A stretch of DNA of 64,000 bases, from NCBI RefSeq assembly GCF_009914755.1, contig NC_060943.1, one strand, 5' to 3'. The notes beneath the pieces were generated by a model. The model saw nothing but the letters and a program-made list of their open reading frames with translations. It did not search any database and was not told where the DNA came from. The stretch comes from the human T2T-CHM13v2.0 reference genome, Homo sapiens. This document shows, in pieces, positions 36,256 to 63,284 of the stretch; the stretch's first letter is position 1; every line of letters begins with the position of its first letter. A program made the position numbers and the translations under genes.

Positions 36256-37248
36256 TTTTCATGATTGGTTCAGGCCATCATGAAAGAAGCAGAAGTGAGA
36301 GACATGCAGAAGTGGGAGAGGCAGGAGCAGGAAGAGAGGGGAACGAAGCCTGGGCTGTGGACCCAGACAGGCCCAGATTCAAATCCAGGCTCTACCATAT
36401 TTTCTTGGGGCAACCCAGTGTGAGCAACCTGCCCTCTCTGGGCTTCAGCGTCCACGTCTGTGAAATGGGTGTAATCCTGGCACTCACCTCCAGTGGCATT
36501 TTGGGGGTCTGACCTGAAAGCACTCAACATGGGGCCTGGCCATGAATGGGGGAGGCAGGAGGAGGAGGAGGGTGGCCTCCCCAGGCCATCCCTAAATGGG
36601 GCTGCTGCCACACATGCAGACCCTCCTGGGGCTCCCATCATGGGGGCTCCCATAGGGATATGGATGGCTGGGGCCTGAGAAAGGGCTGTGGTGGGAGGGG
36701 AGACTTGGACCTTGAGGGCTGTTGGCAGCCTCCCAAGATCCTTTAAGCCTGGGACCCCATGGGTTGGGAAAGGGTGCCCACCACTGAATACCACATGCCC
36801 TGGGGGACTGCAGTGGGGAACCCGTGGGTAATGGCAAGTGGGTCCCCTGCCCAGAATCCCCCAGGGAACGGTGTCCCCACAGTGGCCAGCAGGCAGGTGC
36901 CAGCTGGGCAGATCCTCCATGGGCCAAGATGGGGAGGCCCCCGTGTGCAGGCATGTGGCCACAGGAGGCAGGGGCTTGGGGCCGGTGGGTGCCCAAGACT
37001 CGGCCAAGGATCAGTGGGGTCCCAATTAATTGATCCCATCATGTGGGCTGCAGTGGGTTCCACAGAGTAGGAAGGTGACCACTGGGGCTGGGGCACACAG
37101 GGCATCTAGGGGGGGTGGACCTCTAAGGGAGGACCCAGGATGCCTGGCGCCTGGGGGTGTCCGAGAGCAGATCACCAAAGGTGGCCCCCGGGGAAGAGGG
37201 CACGGGGACACAGAGACACACAGGCGCCTAGAGTCCTTAGAATCCGTC

Positions 37249-37254
37249 TTTATC
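37249..37254 (-). terminator. Probable non-canonical MATK polyA signal GATAAA
   Basis: TTTATC on the plus strand about 190 nt past the stop; no AATAAA/ATTAAA seen nearby. Confidence 0.5.
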
Positions 37255-37442
37255 GGGCGATCATCCTTCGCAGGTCTGGGGTGTCCACGGGCCGCCCAGA
37301 GCCCCCTACGTGGGCCAGCCCCTGCTGTGGGCACCAGGAGGATGACTTGCCCGCCTGGACCCTCCTTGGGCCTGGTCAGTGCCCCCACGCCGCACTCTCC
37401 ACTCTCTCGGTCCTCTGGGGCCAAGGGCCCCACCGGGTGGGG

Positions 37443-44394
<6,952 letters not shown>

Positions 44395-44799
44395 CGCCCC
44401 CAGAGGGAAACTGAGGCAGGTGAGAGGCACACTGAGCAAGTGGTCACAGTCGGGGACGCTGGGAATGGCCTGCCACAGGCCAGGCGGCTGGCACAGGAGG
44501 TAGGGAGCTGGGTGCCACTGGACCGAGCCTGGTTCTTCCTGTTTTCTGGTTGGTAGGCAGGGGCAGGGTGGGGAAATAGGGATGAGTCAAGGTCATTCCC
44601 AAGAATCTCTGACCGTGGGGTGGAGCTGGGGGCAGGGGCGGGTCCTGTAGCCCTGCTGGGCTCCTCCGGCCACCCGCTGAGCCTCTCTGATCCCCCCCCC
44701 AAACCCAGGACAGACACACAAAGTCACTCATTGCTGCAGGGGTGGGGGAGCCTCCCTGCCTCCCCCATCTCCCCGACCGCTAGTGGCTGGGAAGTGGGC

Positions 44800-45900
44800 G
44801 GTGCTGGGGGGTGAGTCTCGGCCCCTCCAAGATGCGCCTCCCATGAAATCCTCCAGTCCCACGTGTACTCACACGCATACGGATGCATGCACACGCACAG
44901 AAACACACAGGGCTCGGACACAGCTGCGCGCAGACAAGCAAAGGACCACGTCCACGTGGAAACAGGTGTGCGCACACGTCCCCGCGCATCCGCGCGCACA
45001 AGCGCTCCACACCTGGGAACCTGCGCACCTGTCCCCCGCCCCCGGCACACACACAGCCGCCCCACACTGGAACACCTGGGCGCCAGCGCCGGGCCACTCG
45101 GGCACGCAGGGCGCTACGCAGGGCCGCGCACACGCTTTTCGGCCACACGCGCACAGCCCTCCACGTGGACGCGCGGGTACACACGCCCGGGGCTCGTAGC
45201 CGCGCACACCCGCACCCAGGAAACCCCAGCCACCACCACGCGGGGTCCGATCGCCTCTGAGCACCCTCCGCCCCAGCCGCGCACCCGCTGCGCGCCCGGG
45301 ACGCGCACACTCGCGCACACACCGGCCCTTCCTGCGCACGTCCCGGGCCCACCCCCGCCTAGAGCCCTCGGGGTTTCCCCCCACCCCGGCCTCGGGGTCT
45401 CTCCACGTCTCCCCGCCGACGTGCTCACCTGCTCAGGGGGCGCCCCCGAGCCGCGCCCCGCGCCCGCCCCCAGGAGGGCCTCCGCGAGCCGGCTGCACAC
45501 CCCGAGGCGGTCCCGGCTGCACAACTTGGAGCGAGTTGCTCCGTTTCCTCATTTTGGGGGCGAAGAAGGGTCGGGGAGTGGGGGAAAGCGGGAGGCGCCG
45601 CGGCCTGGGAGGCCCCCGCGGGTCCTAGCGCCGGCCGCACTGCGGTCTCCTCCGCGCGCCGCCGCCGCCGCCGGCCCCTCCCCGCCCCGCCTCCGCGGCC
45701 CCCGGCGCCTCCCGCGCGCCCCGGGCGGGGTCCCGGGGCGCACGCGGGCTCCACGCCTGGCCCTGACCTGGCCCTGTCGGGCGTGCACCCCCCCACCCAC
45801 CCTGGGAAGCGGGGTTCTTGGAGCGTGGAACGGGCGCCGCCAGTGCGCGTGGCGGGGACCGGGGGTGAGGGAGAGTGAGCTGCCCGTCCGGGGAGATAAG
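44800..45900 (-). promoter_or_regulatory. MATK: MATK proximal CpG-island promoter with non-coding exon 1 (donor at 45429)
   Basis: Very CpG-dense with GC boxes; donor CAG|GTGAGC at 45429/45428; exon 2 acceptor at about 44545. Confidence 0.75.
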
Positions 45901-46480
45901 CAAGGCGCCAAGCCCGGACTCCCAGAGGACACTTCGTACTCTGCAATTCCAACTCCCTCAGTGTCGCCCATTTGAGCACCCACCGTCTCAGAGGGCTATT
46001 GGTGGTTGACAAAAAAAAAGCTTTCAAAATGTCAGCCGCTATCAATATCATTATCATAATCATCAACATTAAGGGAAAATTGGAGTAACAGAATCATCGG
46101 GAACTGTAATCATCCGGATGCAAACTTCTTAGAGCTGCCCTCCTTGGAGGGTAAAAGGGGGGCCTGGGAGTTGGAGGGACCTGGCTCTGCCCGTAGGTAG
46201 GAGGTACCCCTTTTCCAGCCGGGATTTCCTCCCCCATATGGAGGGTGGGGGCCCCACCCGCTTTCACCTCACAGAACAGTTTGATCTCACTTGGTCTTGG
46301 TGGACAGGGCCCTGGCCCCCAGCGATGGCTTTGTGGTTGGGGTGACCAAAACGCCCAATCTGCTTTCACCCAATGCAGGCCTTTATCTTTATTTTTATTC
46401 ATTTATTTTTTGAGACAGGGTCTCACTCTATCCCCTGGGCTGGAGTGCAGTGGCGTGATCATAGCTCACTACAGCCTTGA

Positions 46481-46968
<488 letters not shown>

Positions 46969-47329
46969 TGAGTCCTCTGAAACAAAGATGAAGTTCATCT
47001 TAGGAGGGCAATGAACCGAGATGCCCAGGTGGCCTGCGCCCATATTTAATCTTCTGTTACCCCAAAAGGCTGTGTGTCTGGACTTGGGGGCATCACATGA
47101 TTTTGCGGGGAGCAGAGGCCCAGTTACAAGAGAATTACAGAACAGCTATATTAAGGAACATTATGCAGCAGACTAGGAAACTATATTATTATTATTATCA
47201 TTATTAGAGCTGGGGGTATCTCTGTGTTGCCCAGGCTGGCCTCAAATGCCTGGGCTCAAGCGAACCTCCTGCCTCAGCCTCCTGAGTAGCTGGGACTACA
47301 CGTGCACACCATGGTGCCTGGTTAAACCA

Positions 47330-47415
47330 TACTATTATATATATTATATTATTAATATTTATATTATATTATATTATATTATATTATATTATATTATATT
47401 ATATTATATTATATA
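47330..47415. repeat. (TATTA)n / AT microsatellite
   Basis: Directly visible. Confidence 0.9.
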
Positions 47416-47873
47416 CCTGGGGCATCCAGGATGCTCTCTCATCTCAATAGCATCAACTTAATCCCATCTGTAGGCTGGGCCCAGTGGCTCACGCCTGTAA
47501 TCCCAGCACTTTGGGAGGCCAAGGCGGGCAGATCACCTGAGGTCAGGAGTTCTAGACCAGCCTAGCCAACGTGGTGATACCCCGTCTCTACTAAAACTAC
47601 AAAAATTAGCTGGGCGTGGTGGCACATGCCTGTAATCCCAGCACTTTGGGAGGCCGAGGCGGGTGGATCACGAGGTCAGGAGTTCGAGACCAGCCTGGCC
47701 AAGATGGTGAAACCCTGTCTACTAAAAATACAAAAATTAGTCTGGTGTGGTGGTGGATGCCTGTAATCCCAGCTACTCGGGAGGCCAAGGTAGAGAATTG
47801 CTTGAACCTGGGAGGCGGAGGTTGCAGAGAGCCAAGATCGCGCCACTGCACCCCAGCCTGGGCAACAGAGTGA

Positions 47874-48080
<207 letters not shown>

Positions 48081-48537
48081 TGAGTAGCTGGGATTACAGG
48101 CACATGCCACCACACCCAGCTAATTTTTGTACTTTTAGTAGAAACAGGGTTTCACCATATTGGTCAGCTGGTTTCAAACTCCTGACCTCAGGTGATCTAC
48201 CAATGTTGGCCTCCCAAAGTGCTGGGATTATAGGCGTGAGCCACGGCGCATGGTTTACCGGCCTCAACTTTCTTTCATGGGGTTGTAATTTACTATTAGA
48301 AGATCTTCTGGGAGGATGCCCGTGTCTACAATTTTAGCACCCACAGCTTCGTGGATCTGGCTGTGGGATAGTCTGGGGTGTGGCTCCCCAGAAAGGGCTG
48401 GGGACGCTGCAGCTGTCCTTCTGTCACAGTCACTGCGGGCCCACCATATATGGCAAACCACCATCACTTGCCTGAACTAGAAGTGTTAAGTCAAAATATC
48501 TGCAGCGGAAAACCCAGCCGCCTAATTTGATTCTCAC

Positions 48538-48612
48538 CAGAAGCTGCTGCTGACCACGGGTCCCTCGCCGAGGTCTGCCTTCTCTTCGTTCAGCAGGGAA
48601 ATGTCCCTGCAT
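48538..48612 (-). CDS. MATK: MATK alternative N-terminal coding exon (MQGHFPAERREGRPRRGTRGQQQLL), giving a 508-aa isoform when joined to exon 44143
   Basis: ATG 48612, phase-0 donor CTG|GTGAGA at 48538, acceptor ttgcag| at 48669; matches my recollection of the MATK isoform b N-terminus. Confidence 0.75.
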
Positions 48613-48923
48613 GAGAGGGACATTTAAGATGCTCTAGCACCCCATGAAGACTTTCTCCTCTTCCTCTCTCTGCAAATCAATGATATTAGTGTCAGTCCTC
48701 CCGAGGAGCCCCAGGGCTCCGGGCAGGAGGCCTCACCCCAGAAGAAATAATAAGGGGAACCAAGGTCTTGAGCCCAGAGAAGGGCGGACTTAAGGAGCTG
48801 GTGTTGGGTTCGCAAATTGTCAAGGGCTGGCTGGGGCAGGGAGCTCCCCTGACTGGGTGGAGACATAGACACTGAGCTGTGCCTGACTCTAGGGGGATAG
48901 ATTTGAGCCTGCGGTTTATTTGA

Positions 48924-49112
<189 letters not shown>

Positions 49113-49155
49113 TGAGTAGCTGGGATTACAGGTGCGTGCCACCACGCCCTGCTAA

Positions 49156-49293
<138 letters not shown>

Positions 49294-50124
49294 TAGCTGG
49301 GATTACAGGTGCCCGCCACCATGCCCAGCTAATTTTTGTATTTTTAGTAGAGACAGGGTTTCGCCATGTTGGCCAGGCTGGCCTGGAACTCCTGACCTCC
49401 TGACCAAGAATTAGCCACTTTGAATCACAAAGACTCTAGGGCTCTTTCAGGCCCCAGAGGTGGCCGCACCAGTTTCTAATGCTTCCTGCCAAGGAGCTGG
49501 GGGACTCACCCCTTCCTTATACCAGCCTGAGTGGGTAGACTGGACACCCAGATTCCCCCAGTCCTGAACTCCCCACCCTCCACCTCTCATCCTTGGTGAC
49601 CCCCTGTCAACTTGATTTCAGAAGTTCTCTGATCTGCAGGTCACCCTCCTGGTGCAGGCTGGTGACAGAGCAGTCCCCTTTCTGGCGTCCTGGCTGCCTC
49701 CAGGTTTTCACCTTTCACTGCAAAGCCAAGGGAAAGAAACGTGACTGTGTCCTCCCTCACTCTAAATCCTTCCATAGCTCCCCACTGCCTGCAGGAGAGA
49801 GCCTAAAATGCTCAGCCTGGCATCCAGGGCTCTTCATGTTTGGCCTCCAGCTGATCTCCCAGGTCCCATTTTCTCCTCCTCCCTCCAAGAACCTAATATT
49901 CTAGTGAGTCCGAACTGCAGAAGTTTCCACGCCTTTGCACTGGCTGTTCCCTCTCCCCTGGAATGCCCTTCCCCGCCGTGTCCAGCTGGCCTCTCCAAGC
50001 TCACTCTCCCACACACAACTCATGTGGCACCATTTGGGGAAAGCCTTCCTCAAGGACATCCCCATATTTCCTAGAGCAAGGTCTCCCTGAAAGGGCCCCT
50101 TGCTAGAGGCACTAGCTCTCTTGT

Positions 50125-50390
50125 CTCACTGTGTGATAGGTGTGAGCCTGGCCGTCTCTCCTTGGTCTTGGTGACTGAGCCCATTAGCCTGCCTGAGAAG
50201 GAGGCCAGCCTGGAGGAAACAGAGCCAAGAAGCAGGGAGAGACACTGAATCCCAAGGGAAAGACTGGTTCCGTATCCTTAGAACCAGCGATGCCTGGAAT
50301 TCACGTGACACCTAGTTTTAGCAGCCAGTCTTTCTTTTTTGATTTCTTCCCGAGGGGGTTCTGCTGCTTACAATCAAAGGGATTCTTAAT
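50125..50390 (+). mobile_element. MLT1-type (ERVL-MaLR) LTR relic
   Basis: GAGGAAACAGAGCCAAGAAG...AGAACCAGCGATGCCTGGAA...TGCTTACAATCAAAGGGATTCTTAATAC resembles old MLT1 LTRs. Confidence 0.45.
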
Positions 50391-50427
50391 ACTCAAAATA
50401 GTACCAGAAGTGGGGAGTTAAAATTAA

Positions 50428-50988
<561 letters not shown>

Positions 50989-51170
50989 TAGACCCCCCTC
51001 TGGCTGTCATAATCTGCCTAACCCACTACTCTCCAAATTCCTAGAGATCACTGAGACCAGTCTTCTCATTTGAGAAGTAGAACAGCTGAGGCCGGGCACG
51101 GTGGCTCACACCTGTAATCCCAGCACTTTGGGAGGCCGAGGTGGGTGGTTCACCTGAGGTCAGGAGTTCA

Positions 51171-51332
<162 letters not shown>

Positions 51333-51694
51333 CTATAGACCAGTCTGGCAACAGAGTGAGACTCCATCTTAAAAAAAAAAAAAAAGTGTAAAGTGGAACA
51401 GCTGAGACCCAGAGAGGCAAGACTACTCATCCTTGATCACACAGCTGGCTGGGGGCTAAACCTCAGGCCTGTAGACTCCCCTGATTGGATTGCAAACTTC
51501 TCTAAGGCATGGCACGATTCTTATTCTTCTCTACAAATACTGTTGGAAATCATAGTAGGCAATAAACATAGTAGGTGATGAGTCATATGACAGATACTTT
51601 ACAAAATTTATCAGTCAGGGTTGGGATTAGCTGGCTGGGATGGAGAACTTCAAACGCTAGAGGCTTGAAATTGATAGAAAGGCATCGTGACTGA

Positions 51695-52000
<306 letters not shown>

Positions 52001-52537
52001 TGAACTCCTGACCTCAGGTGATCCACCCACCTCGGCCTCCCAAAGTGCTGGGATTACAGGCGTGAGCCACCGTTTCCAGCCTCACAATTGAACTTTCTGA
52101 ACCTGGAGGACAGGCCGGGGTGGGGAGGCCACTGCAGCCAGACATGGGGACACCTGAGCCGCCATGGCCTCCATGGAAGCCGTCCCCGGCCTAGCCGTCC
52201 TCGGCTGGAATCTGCAGTTAGATCACACTGCCCCAGTTAGCAAACCTTTAAATTTAGCTTCCTCCCCCCAGCCAGGGGACTCCGGGATTGAGGGGAGGAA
52301 CGCTGGCTCTTTCGAGGAAGAACGCTGCATCACTCATTCTGCAACCAGTCGCTGTCTGCCCGGCCATTCTCGATTCCTTGAACGAAGGGCCTCTTGGGGC
52401 GAGCTGCTTTGGGCGTCTTTGCTGGAAAACCCTTGCCCCGTCTTCCTCGTCCTTAAGACGCAGCCGGACAGGTTGTTTTCCAGCCACACTTGCAGGTTTC
52501 ATCCGTGGAAACTGGGTCTGTGTCACATCCGGCCTTA

Positions 52538-53230
<693 letters not shown>

Positions 53231-54059
53231 TCACCTCTCTGCTCCCAGCTTCTCCCTTGTCTCCCAAAAGCTCAGGCATGGGGCAGCCACAGGACCTTTG
53301 CACATGCTCTTCCTATCTCCTAGTACTACATCCTTCCCCCAGCTCTTCTCAAGGCCAGCTACTTCTCTGCACTTTCAGCTTCTCCAAGAGACCCTCCCTG
53401 GCCACCCCACAGTGGTCACCCTTAGTTACTCTCTATTGTCAAAGCCGGAATCCCCACCTGTTATCCTGTCTCACTCGTCATTGTCAATCTCCCTCCATCC
53501 TTGCTTCCCACGACAGAATATATCTTCCTAATGAGGGTAACGACCAGCCCTGGGCCCGGCAACCATTTAGGTCTGGAGCCTGGCACATAAAAGGCCCTTA
53601 CAGAAGCAGATGAGAGGGTAAAGTCTGAGGAAGGAGGCCAGGCATGAAGGCTCACGCTTGCAATCCCAGCACTTTGGGAGGCTGAGGTGGGAGGATTGCT
53701 TGAGCCCTGCCATTGGAGACCAGTCTGGCCAACATAGTGAGACCCTGTCTCTACAAAAAATAAAATAAACTAGCTGGGTGTGGTGGTGTATGCCTGTAGT
53801 CCCAGCCACTCAGGAAGCTGAGGCAGGAGGATCACTTGAGCCCAGGAGGTTGAGGCTGCAGTCAGCTATGATTATGCTACTGCACTCCAGCCTGGGCAAC
53901 AGAGCAAGACCCTGTCTCAAAAAAAGAAAAGAAAAGATCAAGTAAGGAGAACAGGAGATACACATTATTCCGGAATAAACCAGTCATGTCTACTCAAGAG
54001 CAGCCCCTAAGTCTCTCCTCCAGGATCCCTCTTCATCCTCTCATGACCTCATGCTCTAA

Positions 54060-54446
<387 letters not shown>

Positions 54447-54510
54447 TAGCCAGGATGGTCTCGATCTCCTGACCTCGTGATCCGCCCACCTCGGCCTCCC
54501 AAAGTGCTAG

Positions 54511-54907
<397 letters not shown>

Positions 54908-55999
54908 TAGCTGGAGGAGTTGTGCGGATACAGATGGCAGGTTGGACTTGGCCCTCAGACTGTAGTTTGCTCTCCGCTGCCTTCTCACAGTCTTTATTTT
55001 CTCATAAGTAGGTGCTTTTTTTTTTTTTTTTTTTTTTTTTTTTGAGATGGAATCTCGCTGTTTCGTCCAGGCTGGAGTGCAGAGGCGTGATCTTGGCTCA
55101 CTGCATCCTCCGCCTCCCAGGTTCAAGCTATTCTCCTGCCTCAGCCTCTTGAATAGCTAGGATTACAGGCACGCGCCATCACGCCTGGCTAATTTTTGTA
55201 TTTTTAGTAGAGATGAGGTTTCACCATGTTGGCCAGGCTGGTCTCGAACTCCTGACCTCAAGTGATCTGCTTGCCTCGGCCTCCCAAAGTGCTGGGATTA
55301 CACGTGTGAGCCACCAGCTGTATTTTTCAATCTGTTAAATTAAATGTGCTGATACTCATGGCATGTAATAAGCTCTCAAGAAGTGTTTAAAAAAATAAAA
55401 CTCAAAATATATAAATAAAGCTCCTCAACTCAGCAATGAGCCTCTCAAGGGTAAGTATATTCTTGTTGGTATGAATAGCAGCTGATATTTATAGGGTGTT
55501 TTACTGTGTGCTGAAGACAAAGCAATATAATGTCCCACTCCTCAGGGGTTGCTGTTGCTGTTTTCAGGTATTTACCTCCATAGTTCCAAGTAATGTGTTT
55601 TACACATCCCTTGATTTATCAGTTGGATGTTGTCCATTGACTTCCTATTCCAGAAGGTCAAGATTTAGCTCTCTTAGGCATTCTGCTCCCCCAACAGTTA
55701 AATCACAATTTTTGCTTAAATGAAAATTCAGTGCTTATAGTATATATATTAATATAAATATTATTGACAGTGGAGCAATGTATACTAAGAACATTATTTT
55801 CTGGGACCTGCTTTTTTATTTCCCTGGAGTTAGTCATCGCCTTGGTTTTATGTGTCTGTGACTCTTTCCCCCAGCCTCTCCACCAGAACTGACATCTCCA
55901 CTCAGGACTTTCTCCTACTGCCCAGCTGTGATCCTGGCCCCTCTCTTCTTCGGCACAAGGGGATTCTTAGATATAGCTCCTGTTTCTTGGGTGTGGGTC

Positions 56000-56724
<725 letters not shown>

Positions 56725-57065
56725 TAATTTTTTTGATTTTTAGTCTCACTATGTTTCCCAGGCTGGTTTCAAACTCCTGAGCTCAAACAATCTGCCTGCC
56801 TCAGCCTCCTGGAGTGTTGGGATTACAGGCATGCACCACCACACCCAGTGACTGTCAGAGTTTTAATTTCCAAGAGCTTTTTCTGGTTCTTTTACCGTTC
56901 CTCTTTAAAGGACAAACTTGGCTGTGTGTGGTGGCTCACGGAGCTCAGGAGTTTGAGACCAGCCTGGGCAACATAGTGAGACCCCAATCTCCAAATAATA
57001 TGTAAATAAATAAAAGAATTTCTTGGCCCAGTGCAGTGGCTCACACCTGTAATCCCAGCACTTTA

Positions 57066-57383
<318 letters not shown>

Positions 57384-57740
57384 TTATATCCTCTATGAGC
57401 TCTCCGAGGATAAGATGCATACAGGTTTTGTTTTTTTCTGTTCTGTGTTTGAATCAGGAACATAAGGATTTTTCTAGAACTGTTTTCTTCTGCCCTCTTT
57501 GTCTCTCCTTCAGGTTACTTTTCTTTTCTCTTTGTGGGTTTTGGTCTCTCTGTTGACTAACAATTATGATGGAGTGCTACAGAGCTGACGGAAGCCTCCT
57601 CACCACAGGGCGGCCTCACTGTGGGGTGGTTGGCGGGTGGGGGTGGGGGTCACTGGGCAGGAATCCCGAAACATTGGCAGCATCTGGAAGGCTTTTCTCA
57701 TAGCCTGGCATCCAGCGTTCTAGAAGCCACAAGAGGTTAG

Positions 57741-58369
<629 letters not shown>

Positions 58370-58884
58370 TAATAGCCCATTTGCACAGCCCCTCATCCCT
58401 GCCCTCCATGGCGCCTGGGTCCCTGTGCCTGAACCTTTCTGTGCAGCAAGCATTTTAAAATGCATTTTCTTACTGAATTCTCCTCACAGCTCTCTGCACA
58501 GTTGGGGACTACCAGTTTGACCCCAATTTTATGGAAGCTTAAGGCGGTAACATGAGCTGTCCCCACACTCCATAGCTGATAAGTTAAAGGGCCACGCTGT
58601 GACTAGAGCCCAGAGTCACCCTCACTGCGTGAAGTGACGGCTTCTGGCTCATCCTTGGGTGTCCCAAGGAAGGCAGTGAGTGTTTGCTGATTGTCTATGG
58701 AATAAATGTCAACATCCTCAATGGGAGAAATAGGGAAACCACATGAATGAAGGCCCAGCACACATCACAGGTGTTCAACACACAGACGGAATTAATGAGC
58801 AACTGAAAGAACAGGAGTTGAGGCCGGGTGTGGTGGCTCACGCCTGTAATCCCAGCACTTTGGGAGGCTGAGGCAGGTGGATCA

Positions 58885-59461
<577 letters not shown>

Positions 59462-59804
59462 TCATGAGAAGAATTAAATTAGATAATAAGCACACAGTAA
59501 ATAGGTGATGAATCAATGTCGTTATAATACCAAGTGAAGAAAAGCAGGAAGCAAGATGGTAAAAATGACCCACCCATAAACAACAGGGCATTAAAGAATA
59601 GAGAGCAGGATGGCCGGGCGTGGTGGCTCAGCCCTGTAGTCCCAGCACTTTGGGAGGCCAAGCACTTTGGGAGGCCGAGGAGGGCGAATCATCTGAGGTC
59701 AGGAGTTTGAGACCAGCCTGACCAACGTGGTGAAACCCCATCTCTACTAAAAATGCAAAAATTAGCTGGGCGTGGTGGCAGGTGCCTGTAATCCCAGCTA
59801 CTCA

Positions 59805-60110
<306 letters not shown>

Positions 60111-60796
60111 TCATTTTTTATTTTTATTTATTTATGTATTTTTGAGACAGAGTGTCGCTCTGTCATCCACGCTGGAGTGCAGTGGCGCAATCTCGGCTCA
60201 CTACAACCTTGGTCTCCAGGTTCAAGCGATTCTCCTGCCTCAGCCTCCTGAGTAGCTGGGATTACAGGTGCCCACCACCACGCCCGGCTGATTTTTGTAT
60301 TTTTAGTACAGACGGGGTTTCGAACTCCTGACCTCAAGTAATCCGCCCGCCTCGGCCTCTCAAAGTGTTGGGATGACAGGCGTGAGCCACCGCGCCCGGC
60401 CGATGCTTCCTAATGCATTTCGTTTGCAAAATTTGGGAGTGACCGTTTTCTACCCAGAGGTGGCTTCTCCACCTTAACCAGGAAAGCGGGTCTTAATCCG
60501 ATCACCTGAGACACCTTCTCAGTCCCAGAAGCTAAACTAGGGAGGCATCCCGGGACAAGACGGGCAACAATCTTTTCCCAAACGACCCCCGAGCCTGGCC
60601 AGGGAGATGCTGCCTGCAAGGCTGACTGTGACTGGGCCGGGGGACTCAGGGCATCTTAGCGGCCGCCTCTCGCTCCTGTCCGTGACCTTGCAGATGCAGG
60701 TGACAGCCTGCCCTTCCGTTTTTGTCTTTCCAGTCCCGCCTGCCGGATTGGGTTCCAGCCCTGCCCACACGCCCGGTACATCCCGCCTACACTCAC

Positions 60797-61070
60797 CGAT
60801 GTCGCCTAGCAACCCGGCTCGCCGCCAGCATCCGCAACCGAGGTCCCCGCGCTCCAGTTCTCTGGCGGGGAGGGAGAGGGGTGTTGCTTCTCCAGCCCCC
60901 TGCAGCCTGGTGTCTTCCTGCCACCCGCCGGCCTGCTCCGGGGACCGCGGCCTGGTGGGACGAGGGTTGCGGAGGACGGGTCAGGAGCGACCGCGTTTCA
61001 GGCCCGTGGACTCCGCAGCCCAGACGGTCCATCCATCTGCACCGAATCCCTTCGCTAACCAACTGCTTGA
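60797..61070 (-). promoter_or_regulatory. MATK: Distal MATK first exon/promoter in a CpG-rich island (about 60540-61420)
   Basis: Donor TCG|GTGAGT at 60797/60796; CpG-rich non-Alu island; CTCF-like CCACCTGGTGGC 61156-61167. Confidence 0.55.
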
Positions 61071-61334
61071 TTTTGCTGTCGCGCCGCCTAAACTTGGTTT
61101 TTTGGAGTTGCTAGGAGGGCCGACTTAACTCTTTGTCAGCCGGGCTGGTTTTCACCCACCTGGTGGCAGGAATCCTGTTTGCCTTCCCCGGGAGCCAGGG
61201 ATGGGAACGGGAACTGTGGGTGGGAGGCTTCCGAGAGCCGCCTCTCCCGGGGCATAAGGAAGGAAGCGGGGCTGCAGGTACCGCCTGGGGTTCACAGCAG
61301 GGGACGAGGTGCCTCCCACCAGGGGCTGCTGTGA

Positions 61335-62275
<941 letters not shown>

Positions 62276-62687
62276 GGTGGAACTGGAATTGACAAGACAT
62301 CCTCATGGATTGGCCGGGAGCACAGAGGAATCCAGGAGGCCTCCCTGGTTGTGCTGGCTGTCACCTTGAGCCCTGGGCAAATGGCGGTGCTGCTGCCGCG
62401 ATGCTGACGGAGAGAGGGGCTGTGTGTGGACGGAGTGTGTAGCAAGGGAGTGAAGTTCCCAAGAAATTTGGGATAGAGTGGAAAGCAGGAGAGAGGGTGT
62501 GAGGTGGAGGAGGACGGTGGCCTAGAGGCCGCCTGCCCTCCGGGGAGGCTTAACCAGCAATTCCTGTTGCTGACAGATAATCCCTGCTAGAAGGGGACCC
62601 CTCGGTGGCTCCCCACCCCCTTCCTTTGGCCTGGGCCTGAAACAGCGGTCCCTCCACACCCAGCCCCTGCCACTCCCGTCCCGCCGC

Positions 62688-62737
62688 CCCCACCCTGCAT
62701 CTGCCTCCTCCCCCACCCTGCATCTGCCTCCTCCCCA
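62688..62737. repeat. 22-bp tandem repeat CCCCACCCTGCATCTGCCTCCT x2.3
   Basis: Directly visible. Confidence 0.85.
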
Positions 62738-63284
62738 CTCTGCTCCCCGCCTGCCCCCCGTCCCAAACACTGCCAGGGAAGCCCTGTGGGCTGGAAACTG
62801 TCACGAAACTCTTCCACTGTGACCAGGTCTCAGCATCTGAACACCCTCCGCCCGCCTTCTGAGGGTTTGGGAATGTGGCGGGGGAAGCACTCTGTGGGCA
62901 GAGGCATCTCTCCCAAACTCAGCGTAGTTGCCTCCTCCTCCAGGAAGCCCTCGGGGAGCCTCCAGAGCATCTCACTGTGTGTCTCTAGGATGGGGCCAGG
63001 GGAACCCTCAAGGACCGAGGCAGAGAGCTGGGTTATGGGAGGCGTTGAGATGAATGATTCTCAGCCGGTGTGTCTGTGTTCCCAGGGGACCCTTGTGAGG
63101 GGACAGCCTGAGGATGCCCACACCTTGGGGAGCAGCCACTGAGCAGTGCCAGCCCCTTGGGCCCCTCCCAGTCCACATTTGGGCTGCAGGGTTTCTGGGA
63201 GACCCCCACCCGGGACCCTGAGAAGGAGGTGAAGAGCCCAGCATTTGGGGTCACCTGCACCCCGCAGGAAGGACGGCACGGCTC

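Noticed and set aside
35447-36262. 271-aa His/Pro/Ser-rich ORF
   Set aside because: Translation of the (ATCC)n simple repeat
44863-45975. 370-aa plus-strand ORF antisense to the MATK promoter
   Set aside because: Low-complexity R/P/A/G product expected from stop-poor CpG-island DNA; no recognisable domain
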